From NCBI GenBank assembly GCA_964560085.1, contig CAZLKF010000006.1, forward strand, positions 13,398 through 77,397: 64,000 nt of DNA. Reading direction: 5' to 3'. How positions within the stretch are numbered: position 1 is the stretch's first letter; every line of letters begins with the position of its first letter. Of the stretch, positions 1 through 9,767 are shown one piece after another. Below the pieces are notes generated by a model. That model saw only the letters and a list, made by a program, of their open reading frames with translations. It made no database searches and was not told where the DNA came from. This stretch comes from an uncultured Muribaculaceae bacterium (GTDB taxonomy: Bacteria > Bacillota_I > Bacilli_A > RF39 > UBA660). Both the position numbers and the translations under genes were made by a program.

Positions 1-1
1 T

Positions 2-136
2 GAATATATTGATTTTATTAGGGAAATTGAATATGAAATTGCAATTTTAGATAGTAGGATTAACACTGTTTCTGCCAACAGTATTTTAAATAGAATTGGA
101 TTTCCTGACAATTGGTTTGAAATATCCAAAATTTAA
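2..136 (+). CDS. 3' end of an unidentified CDS (start lies upstream of the window)
   Basis: Open frame from the window edge to TAA at 134-136 (...NRIGFPDNWFEISKI*). No motif recognised. Confidence 0.35.
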   Translation, partial: EYIDFIREIEYEIAILDSRINTVSANSILNRIGFPDNWFEISKI

Positions 137-195
137 CATAAAAATCACATAATTAAGAGAATGTTATATGATTAAATATAAGAGATGGTGATAAA

Positions 196-1275
196 ATGAG
201 AGGAAAAATAGTAAACATTGTTGTAATAATATTAGCATTTTTTATAGGAGTTTCAGGAACTATTGCCGTTTATAAATTGGTTCCTAATGAAGTGGAAGTT
301 GTAAATCGAAGTGAAAATTGCGTTACAATTACTGAGGAAACAACGATTAAGCCGGCTATTGATAAAATTTATGAAGCGGTATTTTTAATTGAAGCATCTA
401 AAAAAACAGGTGGAACTTCAACTGGATCAGGCTTTGTCTACAAAAAAGATGACAAAAATGCCTACTTAATTACTAATGAACATGTTGTTGATGGTGCGAG
501 CACTATAAAAATAACCAATTCTAATGGCGAATCATTCGAGGCCAAACTATTAGGTAGTGATACATATGCTGATGTTGCTGTTCTTTCAACGAAAGTTGAA
601 AACGTGACTAAAGTTGCCGAAATTGGTGATAGTACAAAAATCGAATTAGGAGATACGATATTCACAGTAGGATCACCTTTGGGTGAACAATACTTTGGTA
701 CTGTAACAAAAGGAATTATATCTGGCAAAAATAGAATGGTCAGTATAAGTAGTTCACAAATTGTTTTAGACGTTATTCAAACTGATGCCGCAATTAATGA
801 AGGAAATAGTGGCGGACCACTTGTAAATATTAATGGTGAAGTTATTGGTGTAAATTCGATGAAAATTGCAACAACAACGATTGAAGGTATGGGATTTTCT
901 ATTCCAATAAATACCATTATGTCGTATGTTGAACGCCTTGAGAAGGGTGAAAGTATTGAAAGACCAATTATAGGCGTATCAATGGCTGATGTTGGAAATG
1001 CTTGGAATTTGTATCGTTATGGTATTATGTTGGATGCTTCAGTTGAATATGGAGCAGTCTTAGTCGAGATACAAGCAAACTATCCCGCAGCAATTGCTGG
1101 TCTACAAAAAGGTGATGTCATAATAGAAATTGATGGCACAAAAATACAAGATACTTCATATTTCCGTTATGCATTATATAAATATAAAGTTGGAGACACA
1201 ATTAATGTCAGATATTATCGCAACAACAAAATATTAGAAACAAAAATTAAATTAACAAAAACTGCAGAGGCTTAA
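196..1275 (+). CDS. htrA: HtrA/DegP-family (S1C) serine protease with N-terminal membrane anchor and C-terminal PDZ domain
   Basis: Catalytic triad contexts TNEHVV (His), DVAVL (Asp), GNSGGPLVN (Ser). PDZ-like GLQKGDVIIEIDG. N-terminal TM IVNIVVIILAFFIGVSG. RBS gagatggtga upstream. Confidence 0.9.
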   Translation: MRGKIVNIVVIILAFFIGVSGTIAVYKLVPNEVEVVNRSENCVTITEETTIKPAIDKIYEAVFLIEASKKTGGTSTGSGFVYKKDDKNAYLITNEHVVDGASTIKITNSNGESFEAKLLGSDTYADVAVLSTKVENVTKVAEIGDSTKIELGDTIFTVGSPLGEQYFGTVTKGIISGKNRMVSISSSQIVLDVIQTDAAINEGNSGGPLVNINGEVIGVNSMKIATTTIEGMGFSIPINTIMSYVERLEKGESIERPIIGVSMADVGNAWNLYRYGIMLDASVEYGAVLVEIQANYPAAIAGLQKGDVIIEIDGTKIQDTSYFRYALYKYKVGDTINVRYYRNNKILETKIKLTKTAEA

Positions 1276-1288
1276 GCCTCTTTTTTTT
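1266..1288 (+). terminator. Rho-independent terminator after htrA-like gene
   Basis: Perfect hairpin agaggctt/aagcctct enclosing the stop codon, followed by a T8 run. Confidence 0.7.
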
Positions 1289-1355
1289 AATATCGTAAAA
1301 AAGTGCTTAAATATCATAAAAAAATGTTATAATTATTAAGATAGATGGTGAATAT

Positions 1356-2864
1356 ATGATAGAAGGAATAAAAGAAAAGTTTAAAGAATCATTAATGTCA
1401 GTTTTGCCTATTATGATAATAATGATAATTGTTTCATTACTGTTAAAATTTAGCATTGTGACAATTTGTTCAATTTTAATAAGTACGTTATTACTTATTT
1501 TAGGAATAACGTTTTTCACATATGGAGCAGATATTTCGATGATGGAAATAGGAAGAATGATTGGTTCAAAACTTGTGAAGTCAAGAAAACCAATAATTAT
1601 TTGTGTCGTTTCTTTTATCGTTGGAATTGTTATTACTATTGCAGAACCCGACTTAAAAGTATTAGCAGATCAAATGACAGCAATTGATAGTTTTACTTTT
1701 ATTATGTGTGTTGGTGTTGGTGTTGGTTTCTTTTTAAGTTTAGCAGCAGTTCGCATTCTATATCAAATTGATTTAAAAGTATTCATCATTATTTTCTACA
1801 CTCTTGTTTTAGGATTACTAATTTTTGTAAGTTCTGACATAATACCAGTAGCTTTTGATTCTGGTGGAGTTACAACAGGACCAATGTCTGTTCCTTTTAT
1901 TATTGCTATGGGTTTAGGGATTTCCGCTTCAAGAAGTAGAAAAGAATCAAAAGATAATAGCTTTGGTCTTATTGCTTTATGCTCAATTGGTCCAATATTA
2001 GCTGTACTAATATTTGGATTGATATTCAAATCAGAAATGTCTTATACATATGCAATTGATGCTGAAGTTACATCATTTGCAACAATGTTTAGTAATTATG
2101 CCCATAGAATATTACCAACGATAGAAGAGGTTTCATTATCTCTATTACCAATATTAGTAGTATTTATAATATTTAATTTAATAACAAAAAAAGCGAAAGG
2201 TAAAAAATTAATGCGCATTCTTATTGGAATCATTATAACATTCCTTGGGTTAGCTTTATTTTTTGTCGGTGTTAATGTTGGATATATGCCAATTGCTTAT
2301 CTAATTGGTATAAATACTTTTAAAAATTTTGAGATTCTTTTAATACCATTGGGGATTATTGTTGGTTATGTAATTGTAACAGCTGAACCAGCCGTCGCTA
2401 TTTTAACTTCACAAATAGAAAAAATAACCCAAGGAAGTATTTCTAAAAAAGCTATGAATAATACTATTGCGATAGGAGTTGCTATTGCTGTTGCCATTTC
2501 GATGATAAGAGTTATAACGGGTGTTTCAATTTCTTACTTTTTAGTAATAGGGTATATTTTGGCAATAATTTTAATGTTTGTGAGTCCTAAAATATTCACG
2601 ATGATTGCTTTTGATTCTGGTGGGGCTGTTTCTGGGCCAATGACAACATCATTTTTACTTCCTTTAGTAATTGGCGTTTGTTATCAAAAAGGTGGAAACG
2701 TTTTAACTGATGCCTTTGGAGTTGTCGCTTTAGTAGCAATGTCACCGCTTATAACCATACAATTATTGGGAATAGCTTATAATGCTAAGGCTAAGAGAAA
2801 AATTAATATTGCTTCAATTGATGAAACAATAGTAGAATATAATTGGAAGTGTTGCCATGAATGA
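1356..2864 (+). CDS. DUF1538-family polytopic membrane protein
   Basis: About 12 hydrophobic segments. Internal duplication marked by AFDSGGVTTGPMSVPF and AFDSGGAVSGPMTTSF, as I remember for DUF1538. Followed by a P-II-like gene, as is usual for this family. Confidence 0.7.
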   Translation: MIEGIKEKFKESLMSVLPIMIIMIIVSLLLKFSIVTICSILISTLLLILGITFFTYGADISMMEIGRMIGSKLVKSRKPIIICVVSFIVGIVITIAEPDLKVLADQMTAIDSFTFIMCVGVGVGFFLSLAAVRILYQIDLKVFIIIFYTLVLGLLIFVSSDIIPVAFDSGGVTTGPMSVPFIIAMGLGISASRSRKESKDNSFGLIALCSIGPILAVLIFGLIFKSEMSYTYAIDAEVTSFATMFSNYAHRILPTIEEVSLSLLPILVVFIIFNLITKKAKGKKLMRILIGIIITFLGLALFFVGVNVGYMPIAYLIGINTFKNFEILLIPLGIIVGYVIVTAEPAVAILTSQIEKITQGSISKKAMNNTIAIGVAIAVAISMIRVITGVSISYFLVIGYILAIILMFVSPKIFTMIAFDSGGAVSGPMTTSFLLPLVIGVCYQKGGNVLTDAFGVVALVAMSPLITIQLLGIAYNAKAKRKINIASIDETIVEYNWKCCHE

Positions 2865-3525
2865 TTTAGAATTAATGATAATAATTGCTAATACAAACAA
2901 CGAAAAGAAATATGTAAAAGTTTTGGAAAAATATAAAGCAAAATTTAAATATATAACTTATGGAGTTGGTTCAGCTTCATCAAGCTTACTAGAGTATTTT
3001 GGCCTTAATGAGGTTGCAAAAATGGTAATTTTCGCAATATTGCCTAATATAGCTAGTAAGTATGCTTTAAAAGATATGCATTATAAATATAAGATGTATG
3101 AACCAGGTAATGGAATAGCTTTTACAATTCCTTTATCAAGTTCAACTAAATATATGAATCAAATTTATGATGATAAGAAGAGAGATGATTTTAAAATGGA
3201 AAGTGCCAATCAACATTTAATAATTACTATAACAAATGATGGATATGCTGAAATAGTTATGAATGCTGCTAAGAAAGTTGGAGCAACAGGTGGAACTACA
3301 ATTAATGGTCGTGGCTTAGAAACAGAAAAAATCATCAAATTTTTAGGTATCAGCATACAACCAGAAAAGGATATAGTTTTGATATTGGCAGAAGATGATA
3401 AAAAAACTACTATTATGAATGAAATAGTAGTAGCATGTGGTTTAAAAACGCCTGGGGCTGGTATCTGTTTTTCGATTCCTGTTGATTATGTGATTGGTTT
3501 AAAAAAAGAATTAAACATCGAATAA
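2857..3525 (+). CDS. Tandem P-II-like (nitrogen regulatory protein P-II fold) protein
   Basis: Two ~100-aa halves of beta-alpha-beta character (LELMIIIANTNNEKKYVKVL... and HLIITITNDGYAEIVMNAAKKVGATGGTTINGRG...). 8-nt overlap with the DUF1538 gene suggests coupling. Confidence 0.55.
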   Translation: MNDLELMIIIANTNNEKKYVKVLEKYKAKFKYITYGVGSASSSLLEYFGLNEVAKMVIFAILPNIASKYALKDMHYKYKMYEPGNGIAFTIPLSSSTKYMNQIYDDKKRDDFKMESANQHLIITITNDGYAEIVMNAAKKVGATGGTTINGRGLETEKIIKFLGISIQPEKDIVLILAEDDKKTTIMNEIVVACGLKTPGAGICFSIPVDYVIGLKKELNIE

Positions 3526-3547
3526 AAGGTTATAAAACCTTTTTTTC
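3524..3547. terminator. Bidirectional terminator between convergent genes
   Basis: Hairpin aaaaggtt-ataa-aacctttt flanked by an A-run and a T-run. Overlaps both stop codons. Confidence 0.6.
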
Positions 3548-4132
3548 TTCTCTTTCTTGTAAAATTGAGGCCAAATATGATAGAGTAGCCAAACATTTAT
3601 TCTTTGTTTCACTATTTAATTCTTGATATATAATGCCATCAATAGGCATATTATCAAAAATAAAATCTTTCAATTTGTCATAATAGTTTAAAGCAAAATC
3701 TGTTGGTTGATTAAAATAACTATTTATGACTTTTTTTAATGAAGCACCATAATTTAAATTGCCGTCAACATTTTGAATTGCTTGTTCTAAATATGAATTA
3801 ATATAATCGTTTTTGTCACTTTTTTGGGTAATTGGATAATTATCAACAATTCGTTTTAATGAACCGCTCAATTCCTCTGATGACGTGATGAAGTAATTAT
3901 CGGCGATTCTTTTACTAGCTATCTCTAATTGATCAGAATCAACCAAAGGATAATTTGCAATTATTTTGTTTAATGACTCGTCATATTCTTCCACAAATTC
4001 TTCAATATCATGAAAGGTTTTTAAAAAATCCTTACCAATCTTACTCCCAGTATCTAATAGAAATAACAGAATTACTATAGAAATACATCTTTTACTTTGT
4101 TTTTTAAAATTGTTAATTTTATCTTTATTCAT
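3530..4132 (-). CDS. Hypothetical membrane-anchored protein
   Basis: 200-aa ORF with one N-terminal TM (CISIVILLFLLDTGS). No recognised domain. Confidence 0.5.
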   Translation of the reverse strand: MNKDKINNFKKQSKRCISIVILLFLLDTGSKIGKDFLKTFHDIEEFVEEYDESLNKIIANYPLVDSDQLEIASKRIADNYFITSSEELSGSLKRIVDNYPITQKSDKNDYINSYLEQAIQNVDGNLNYGASLKKVINSYFNQPTDFALNYYDKLKDFIFDNMPIDGIIYQELNSETKNKCLATLSYLASILQEREEKKVL

Positions 4133-4242
4133 AAAGTCCCCCTAAACACTTAATATTATATGTAATAAGAAAAATATGTCAAGAACAAATAATTTTTGAA
4201 AATTTAAGAATATATAGTATAATAAATAATAGGAGTACGTAT

Positions 4243-4911
4243 ATGAAGAATGATGAAAAGAGATTTGCTGAAGGATTTTGTTTTTATAAAATCTTTATTA
4301 TTTTTATAGTTGGTTGTATTTTTGGCGTTTTTTATGAAGAAATAGTTTTAAACGTTCTAGAATATTTTAAAACGGGTGTTTTCACTTATGAAACAAGACG
4401 TGGATTGATTTATGGACCATTTAGTCCTGTTTATGGTTTTGGTGCTGTATGCATCTGCTTTTTTGCCAAAAAAAAGCGACCATTTTGGAAAACCATTCTT
4501 TATACAGGTTTAGTTGGTGGATTTGTAGAATTTATGGTAAGTTATCTTCAAGAGAAATTCACAGGAACTATTTTATGGGATTACAGTAATGAATTTTTGA
4601 ATATTGGTGGACGAACAGGAATAAAATATATACTTGTTTGGGGTATTTGTGGAGCAATCTTAGTTTATTTAATTTATCCTTTTGTTTCAAAGATTATTGA
4701 AAAGATACCAATAAAAATAGGAAATAAAATTATGCCATTTGTCATTGCCTTAATGTGTCTTGATATGTTTATATCATTTTCAGCTGTAATAAGACAAAAT
4801 TTAAGGAGAAATAATATTCCAGCGTATACTTTTATCGGAATCCTTTGTGATAAATATTATCCTGATGAAGTTTTGAAAGAAACATACAATAACATGATAG
4901 TTACCGAATGA
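4243..4911 (+). CDS. Polytopic membrane protein, possibly of the 'putative ABC-transporter type IV' (CmpB-like) family
   Basis: Six or more hydrophobic segments. The GLIYGPFSPVYGFGAV motif resembles that family from memory. RBS aggagt 7 nt upstream. Confidence 0.5.
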   Translation: MKNDEKRFAEGFCFYKIFIIFIVGCIFGVFYEEIVLNVLEYFKTGVFTYETRRGLIYGPFSPVYGFGAVCICFFAKKKRPFWKTILYTGLVGGFVEFMVSYLQEKFTGTILWDYSNEFLNIGGRTGIKYILVWGICGAILVYLIYPFVSKIIEKIPIKIGNKIMPFVIALMCLDMFISFSAVIRQNLRRNNIPAYTFIGILCDKYYPDEVLKETYNNMIVTE

Positions 4912-4915
4912 TTTC

Positions 4916-4936
4916 AAGCACAATTATGTGCTTTTT
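4916..4936 (+). terminator. Rho-independent terminator
   Basis: Hairpin aagcaca-atta-tgtgctt followed by tttt. Confidence 0.65.
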
Positions 4937-4961
4937 TCATAAAATAAATTAGGTGAAAAAT

Positions 4962-6158
4962 ATGGCGACGAAAAGAATTGTAATAGATGCAGGACATGGT
5001 GGAGAAGATCCCGGGGCTGTTGGAAACGGAATAATTGAAAAAGATTTAAATTTATTGATTTCAAAATATATTTATGATCGATTAAAAGGGTTAAATATAC
5101 CAGTAACCTTGACAAGAAATAGCGATGTAACTTTATCTCCAAAAGAAAGAGTAAATAAAATACTTGCTGCTTATGGTAATGACGCAGATGTAATTGTATT
5201 ATCTAATCACATAAATGCAGGTGGTGGTGATGGTGCCGAAGTAATTTACGCTCTAAGGAACGATGATGAACTTGCTAATTTGATATTAACAGAAATTGAA
5301 AAAGCTGGTCAGAATGGACGAAAAGTATATCAAAGAAGATTACCAAGTAATACCGCGAAAGATTATTATTTTATTCATCGAGATACTGGAAATACCGAAC
5401 CGATTATAGTAGAATATGGATTTTTGGATTCTCCAGGTGATGATATTAATCAATTAAAAAACGAATATGAAAATTATGCTGAAGCTGTTGTTAAAGCCTT
5501 AACAGAATATTTAGGAATTCCTTATGATAAAGGAACAAGTGATTACTATATAGTAAAAAAAGGCGATAGTTTGTATTCGATTGCCCAAGCAAATAACACT
5601 GATGTGGCGACCTTAAAAGAGTTGAACAATTTAACGACTAATACATTGAGCGTTGGGCAGAGGCTTTTATTGCCAGGGGCAGTAATAACTGAGAAAGAAA
5701 ACTACTATATAGTAAAAAAAGGTGATAGTTTGTATTCGATTGCTCAAGCAAATAATACTGATGTAGCGACTTTAAAAGCTCTAAATAATCTAACGAGCAA
5801 TACATTAAGTATTGGTCAAAAAATATTATTGAGTGATACTGTTGTTGAACCAAGTGAAGAATCTGTGTATATTGTACAAAGTGGCGATAATTTATACGCA
5901 ATCGCCCAAAAAAATGACACAACTGTAGATGAAATAAAACGCCTAAATAACTTAGTAACTAATAATTTAACTATTGGGCAAAGATTGCTTTTGCCGAATA
6001 AGGAAACTCCTAATTTCAATTACTATACTGTTAAAAAAGGCGATAGTTTATACTCGATTGCCAAAAGAAATAATACAACAGCTGAAGAGATAAAGAGAAT
6101 AAATCGGTTGACATCTAATTTGCTATCTATTGGCCAAAAAATAGTATTACCAGCTTAG
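4962..6158 (+). CDS. N-acetylmuramoyl-L-alanine amidase (Amidase_3) with four C-terminal LysM domains
   Basis: N-terminal IVIDAGHGGEDPGAVGNG and SNHINAGGG motifs of Amidase_3. Four repeats of YY(I/T)VKKGDSLYSIA...N(L)...L.(I/V)GQ.L.LP. Start moved to the ATG at 4962 behind aggtga. Confidence 0.9.
   Translation: MATKRIVIDAGHGGEDPGAVGNGIIEKDLNLLISKYIYDRLKGLNIPVTLTRNSDVTLSPKERVNKILAAYGNDADVIVLSNHINAGGGDGAEVIYALRNDDELANLILTEIEKAGQNGRKVYQRRLPSNTAKDYYFIHRDTGNTEPIIVEYGFLDSPGDDINQLKNEYENYAEAVVKALTEYLGIPYDKGTSDYYIVKKGDSLYSIAQANNTDVATLKELNNLTTNTLSVGQRLLLPGAVITEKENYYIVKKGDSLYSIAQANNTDVATLKALNNLTSNTLSIGQKILLSDTVVEPSEESVYIVQSGDNLYAIAQKNDTTVDEIKRLNNLVTNNLTIGQRLLLPNKETPNFNYYTVKKGDSLYSIAKRNNTTAEEIKRINRLTSNLLSIGQKIVLPA
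5544..6155 (+). repeat. Four tandem LysM-coding repeats; the first two (period 159 nt) are near-identical over about 90 nt
   Basis: tactatatagtaaaaaaaggYgatagtttgtattcgattgcYcaagcaaataaYactgatgtRgcgac occurs at 5544 and again at 5703. Confidence 0.85.
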
Positions 6159-6187
6159 AATTATGATATAATATGTTTGGTGATAAA

Positions 6188-8218
6188 ATGGAAGAGGCAA
6201 AAGAAAGAATTAAAGATTTTTTTGAAAATAATTCAAAAAAAATAGTGATTTTTTCAATTGCTTTTTTTGCTGTTATAATAGGCATAATTATTGCATTTGG
6301 TAATAAGTACACAAAATATGAAAAAGAAATGATTTCTTTGGCATCAAAATATTTTCAAACAAACACCAATGTTAATTATGTAACTTTAAAAGAACTAAAC
6401 AAAAGTTATGATACTTGCAATGATTATAGTGGCGTTTATTATAAAAATGGAAAATATACAGCTTATTTATTTTGCAATGATTATGTTAGTAGTGATGAAG
6501 TAGAGAGTAATAAAAACTTAACTCTAAATGGGGGAAATCCTCTTGTTTTAAAAACATCAGATGTTTATCAAGAACCAGGCTACTATTCTTCTTATGAAGT
6601 TGAAATAATCAGTGATTATCAAAGCAATATTGAAGGAATATACTTTATCAAATATATTGCTCGTGATAGTAATAAAAAGCGAGTTGGGGAAACAACAAGA
6701 ATTATAATAGTCAATAACAATTTTAATAGTAATAATTCCATAATTTTAAAAGGTTCAAAAGAACTTTATATATTTAAAAATGATGCTTATCAAGAAGCTG
6801 GTTATAGTGCATATGATGAATTGGGAAATGACATTAGTAATCAAGTTAAAGTAGATGGTGTTGTAAATACTAAAAAACCGGGTCAGCAAAAAATAACTTA
6901 TACTGTTGACGTGGGCAATTATAAAAAGATGACTGCTGAAAGAATAGTAAATGTATTGGATGTTGTTGCAGAAATCGAATTAGAAAACGATAAACCGACA
7001 TTAAACAAAAACACTATAAATGTAACCATTAGTGGTCAAGATTACGAATATACAGTTTTACCAAACAATTTAACTTCCAAAGAAAAATCAATTGAATATC
7101 CAGTTGATAAGAATGGAACTTACATATTCAAAGTATATAGCAATAATATGTACATTACTAAAGCTATAAATGTTAATCAAATTTATGGTGAAATTGTTGG
7201 AAGTTGCACTATAACAGAAAATGTTGGAAAAAAGGTATATGCTGAAGTCAAGGCAAGTGGTGGTTATGGCACCCTACAATATAGCTATTTAGATAAAACG
7301 AACTATACGTCTTATTTGTCAAATTCTAACTATATTTTCACTAATCGCATAAATGAAACTAAAATAAAAATTAAAGATTCCATTAATAATGTTAAAGAAA
7401 TAACTTGTTCCAATCCGACTATAAAAGTCGACAAATTAGAAATCCATTTTATTAAAATAGAGAGTGGACGTTTTGATGCTATTTTATTTAGATTAGGAGA
7501 TAAAACATTGTTTATTGATGGCGGAGATTATTATAATTCTCATTATAATACCATCGATTCATATTTGAAAGCACTTAAAGTTGATCATATTGATATTATT
7601 GTTGGATCACATGGACATCGCAATCATGTTGGTCCGCAAGCCGAATTAATCAGAAATTACAATGTAAAACAAGCTTATTATAATCAAGATATATATCATT
7701 GTGTTTCCTGCCAAGATGGAGTTTATGATAATATAATAAAAGCTTTAAAAGAAAAAAATGTTACACCAGTAGTGTCAACATTGGGGAGCATCTTCTATTT
7801 TGGCGATGTTAAATTTGAAACAATTGGGCCTCATCATTTGGATACATATCCTAATGGATATTCAACTAATTATTTAGTTACATATGAAGGCGTAAAAATG
7901 TTATTTACGGGAGATGGAATTCAACAATCAGATGTTTTAGCAAAGTACGATGCTAGTTTTTTGGATATTGATATTCTTAAATATCCTCATCATGGCCAAC
8001 ACTCTTTAACAGCAGCTTTTGTCAATGCAATTAGACCAGAATATGTTGTTGTCACTAATCATATGGATACAGTTTATAGTGATGCCAAAAAAAATCTTAA
8101 TAATGTTGGGGCAAAATTCTATCAACATTATAAAGATGGAAATATTGTAATAATTATAGATGATGGAAAAATAACATTTAAGACAAATGTCAATCCCTCA
8201 ACTTATACAATAGATTAA
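6188..8218 (+). CDS. Membrane-anchored extracellular protein with Ig-like repeats and a C-terminal ComEC-type metallo-beta-lactamase-fold domain
   Basis: N-terminal TM IVIFSIAFFAVIIGIIIAFG. Repeats with Y(Q)E(P/A)GY (DUF5011-like). MBL-like FIDGGD...IVGSHGHRNHVG...TGDG...KYPHHGQH. Start moved to 6188 behind ggtga. Confidence 0.7.
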   Translation: MEEAKERIKDFFENNSKKIVIFSIAFFAVIIGIIIAFGNKYTKYEKEMISLASKYFQTNTNVNYVTLKELNKSYDTCNDYSGVYYKNGKYTAYLFCNDYVSSDEVESNKNLTLNGGNPLVLKTSDVYQEPGYYSSYEVEIISDYQSNIEGIYFIKYIARDSNKKRVGETTRIIIVNNNFNSNNSIILKGSKELYIFKNDAYQEAGYSAYDELGNDISNQVKVDGVVNTKKPGQQKITYTVDVGNYKKMTAERIVNVLDVVAEIELENDKPTLNKNTINVTISGQDYEYTVLPNNLTSKEKSIEYPVDKNGTYIFKVYSNNMYITKAINVNQIYGEIVGSCTITENVGKKVYAEVKASGGYGTLQYSYLDKTNYTSYLSNSNYIFTNRINETKIKIKDSINNVKEITCSNPTIKVDKLEIHFIKIESGRFDAILFRLGDKTLFIDGGDYYNSHYNTIDSYLKALKVDHIDIIVGSHGHRNHVGPQAELIRNYNVKQAYYNQDIYHCVSCQDGVYDNIIKALKEKNVTPVVSTLGSIFYFGDVKFETIGPHHLDTYPNGYSTNYLVTYEGVKMLFTGDGIQQSDVLAKYDASFLDIDILKYPHHGQHSLTAAFVNAIRPEYVVVTNHMDTVYSDAKKNLNNVGAKFYQHYKDGNIVIIIDDGKITFKTNVNPSTYTID

Positions 8219-8643
8219 TAAATTTCTGGACATACTCCCATACCAGGTTCATAGAAGCAGTGATTTTTGTAACGACCACTGTTTTTTTGATTCCACCAAT
8301 AAGCTAAACAATTGCTAGAGCCACTTGGAGCATAAAACCATAAAGCATTCGTTGCCGGATGATAATACTCGCCACGTAGCACGCGGTCAGCTAATTCCTT
8401 TTCTTTACTAGTTGGATTGCTAAAAAATAACGGACTATTTATTCCACTAAAACCACCAGGATCCTGATAAATTGCATCATATACACTAACTATGTCTTTA
8501 AATGTTAAACATTTTGCTAAAGCGCGGTTAACAACTACATTGCCAACCATTAGCATTCCTAAATTTCCTTCTCCTAAAGCTTCAGATCGCATTAAACGTG
8601 CTAATAAATCACGCTCTTTTGAAGTATAATTAATAATTGCCAT
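8215..8643 (-). CDS. cwlJ: Spore cortex-lytic enzyme CwlJ/SleB family (Hydrolase_2 domain)
   Basis: 142 aa from the internal ATG behind ggtgatatat. LLARLMRSEALGEGNLGMLMVGNVVVNR and HCFY motifs align well with B. subtilis CwlJ (also 142 aa) as I remember it. Confidence 0.8.
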   Translation of the reverse strand: MAIINYTSKERDLLARLMRSEALGEGNLGMLMVGNVVVNRALAKCLTFKDIVSVYDAIYQDPGGFSGINSPLFFSNPTSKEKELADRVLRGEYYHPATNALWFYAPSGSSNCLAYWWNQKNSGRYKNHCFYEPGMGVCPEIY

Positions 8644-8724
8644 ATATATCACCAATCTATTATATGCCTGAATTGATAAAATGCTAAAATAACAAATAGT
8701 CATAAAATTCATACAATATGATAG

Positions 8725-9693
8725 GTGATAAAAGTGAATGAATTAATAGGAAACACTCCGTTAATTGCTATAAAGTACAGATATTTAAACAAAATTAAAA
8801 CAATTTATGCAAAGTTAGAATATTACAATTTAACTGGAAGCATAAAAGACCGTTTAGTTTATTATGTATGTGCTAATGATAAGAGAACTGATAAATTAAA
8901 AGAATCTCAGCCAATAATCGAAGCAACTAGTGGTAATACTGGAATATCTTTAGCTTCTTTTGGCGCATATTACAATCATCCTGTGCATATTTTTATGCCT
9001 GATTGGTCCAGTCAAGAAAGAATCGCCATTATGGAATTATATGGTGCCAAAGTTCATTTGGTTTCAAGAGAAGATGGTGGGTTTAAAGAATGCATAAGAA
9101 GGGCAAAAACATTATGTAAAGAATTAGATGGCTATATGATTGATCAATTTGCCAATAATGATAATATCGTCGCCCATTATGAGACAACAGCAGAGGAAAT
9201 AATCAAGCAATTACCATCTGTTGGTGGCTTTATTAGTGGAATTGGAACAGGTGGAACTTTTATGGGAATTGCTAAGAAACTTAAATATTATAATAGTAAA
9301 ATCAAAACTTATGTATTAGAACCTAAATCATTGCCAATTTTAAGTGGAGGTGAGTTAAAAGGAGCTCACAAAATTTCAGGCATTGGTGATGACTTTATTC
9401 CATCAATAGTTGATAAAAAATTGATAGATAAGATTTTACAAGTTGATGATTTAAATGCTATTAGAACAGCTCAAAAAATGGCAAAAGAATTAGGAATTGC
9501 AGTTGGTATTTCTAGTGGAGCAAATCTATATGCAGCGATTCTTATGAATCAAGAAGTAGATAATGTGGTGACAATAATTGCAGATGATTGCAAAAAATAT
9601 TTATCAACTGACTTATTAAAAAAAATTGCAGACGATGAATTAATAGCTAATGAAATAGAGTTTATATCATACAAAGTTATTCCTGTAAATTGA
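8725..9693 (+). CDS. cysK: Cysteine synthase / O-acetylserine sulfhydrylase family PLP enzyme
   Basis: PLP-lysine context LTGSIKDR, TSGNTGISLA, glycine loop GIGTGGTFMG. GTG start behind ataggtga. Confidence 0.8.
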   Translation: MIKVNELIGNTPLIAIKYRYLNKIKTIYAKLEYYNLTGSIKDRLVYYVCANDKRTDKLKESQPIIEATSGNTGISLASFGAYYNHPVHIFMPDWSSQERIAIMELYGAKVHLVSREDGGFKECIRRAKTLCKELDGYMIDQFANNDNIVAHYETTAEEIIKQLPSVGGFISGIGTGGTFMGIAKKLKYYNSKIKTYVLEPKSLPILSGGELKGAHKISGIGDDFIPSIVDKKLIDKILQVDDLNAIRTAQKMAKELGIAVGISSGANLYAAILMNQEVDNVVTIIADDCKKYLSTDLLKKIADDELIANEIEFISYKVIPVN

Positions 9694-9767
9694 CAACATG
9701 AGTAATTGAAAAAGCTCAACACATATGATAACATTATAGTGGATGATTATATTAAGAAGGTGAATTT

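Noticed and set aside
1307-2029. Alternative-frame and antisense ORFs (1307..1519 -, 1466..1687 +, 1796..2029 -) within the DUF1538 gene
   Set aside because: They overlap a long ORF with conserved duplicated motifs and have no independent signals.
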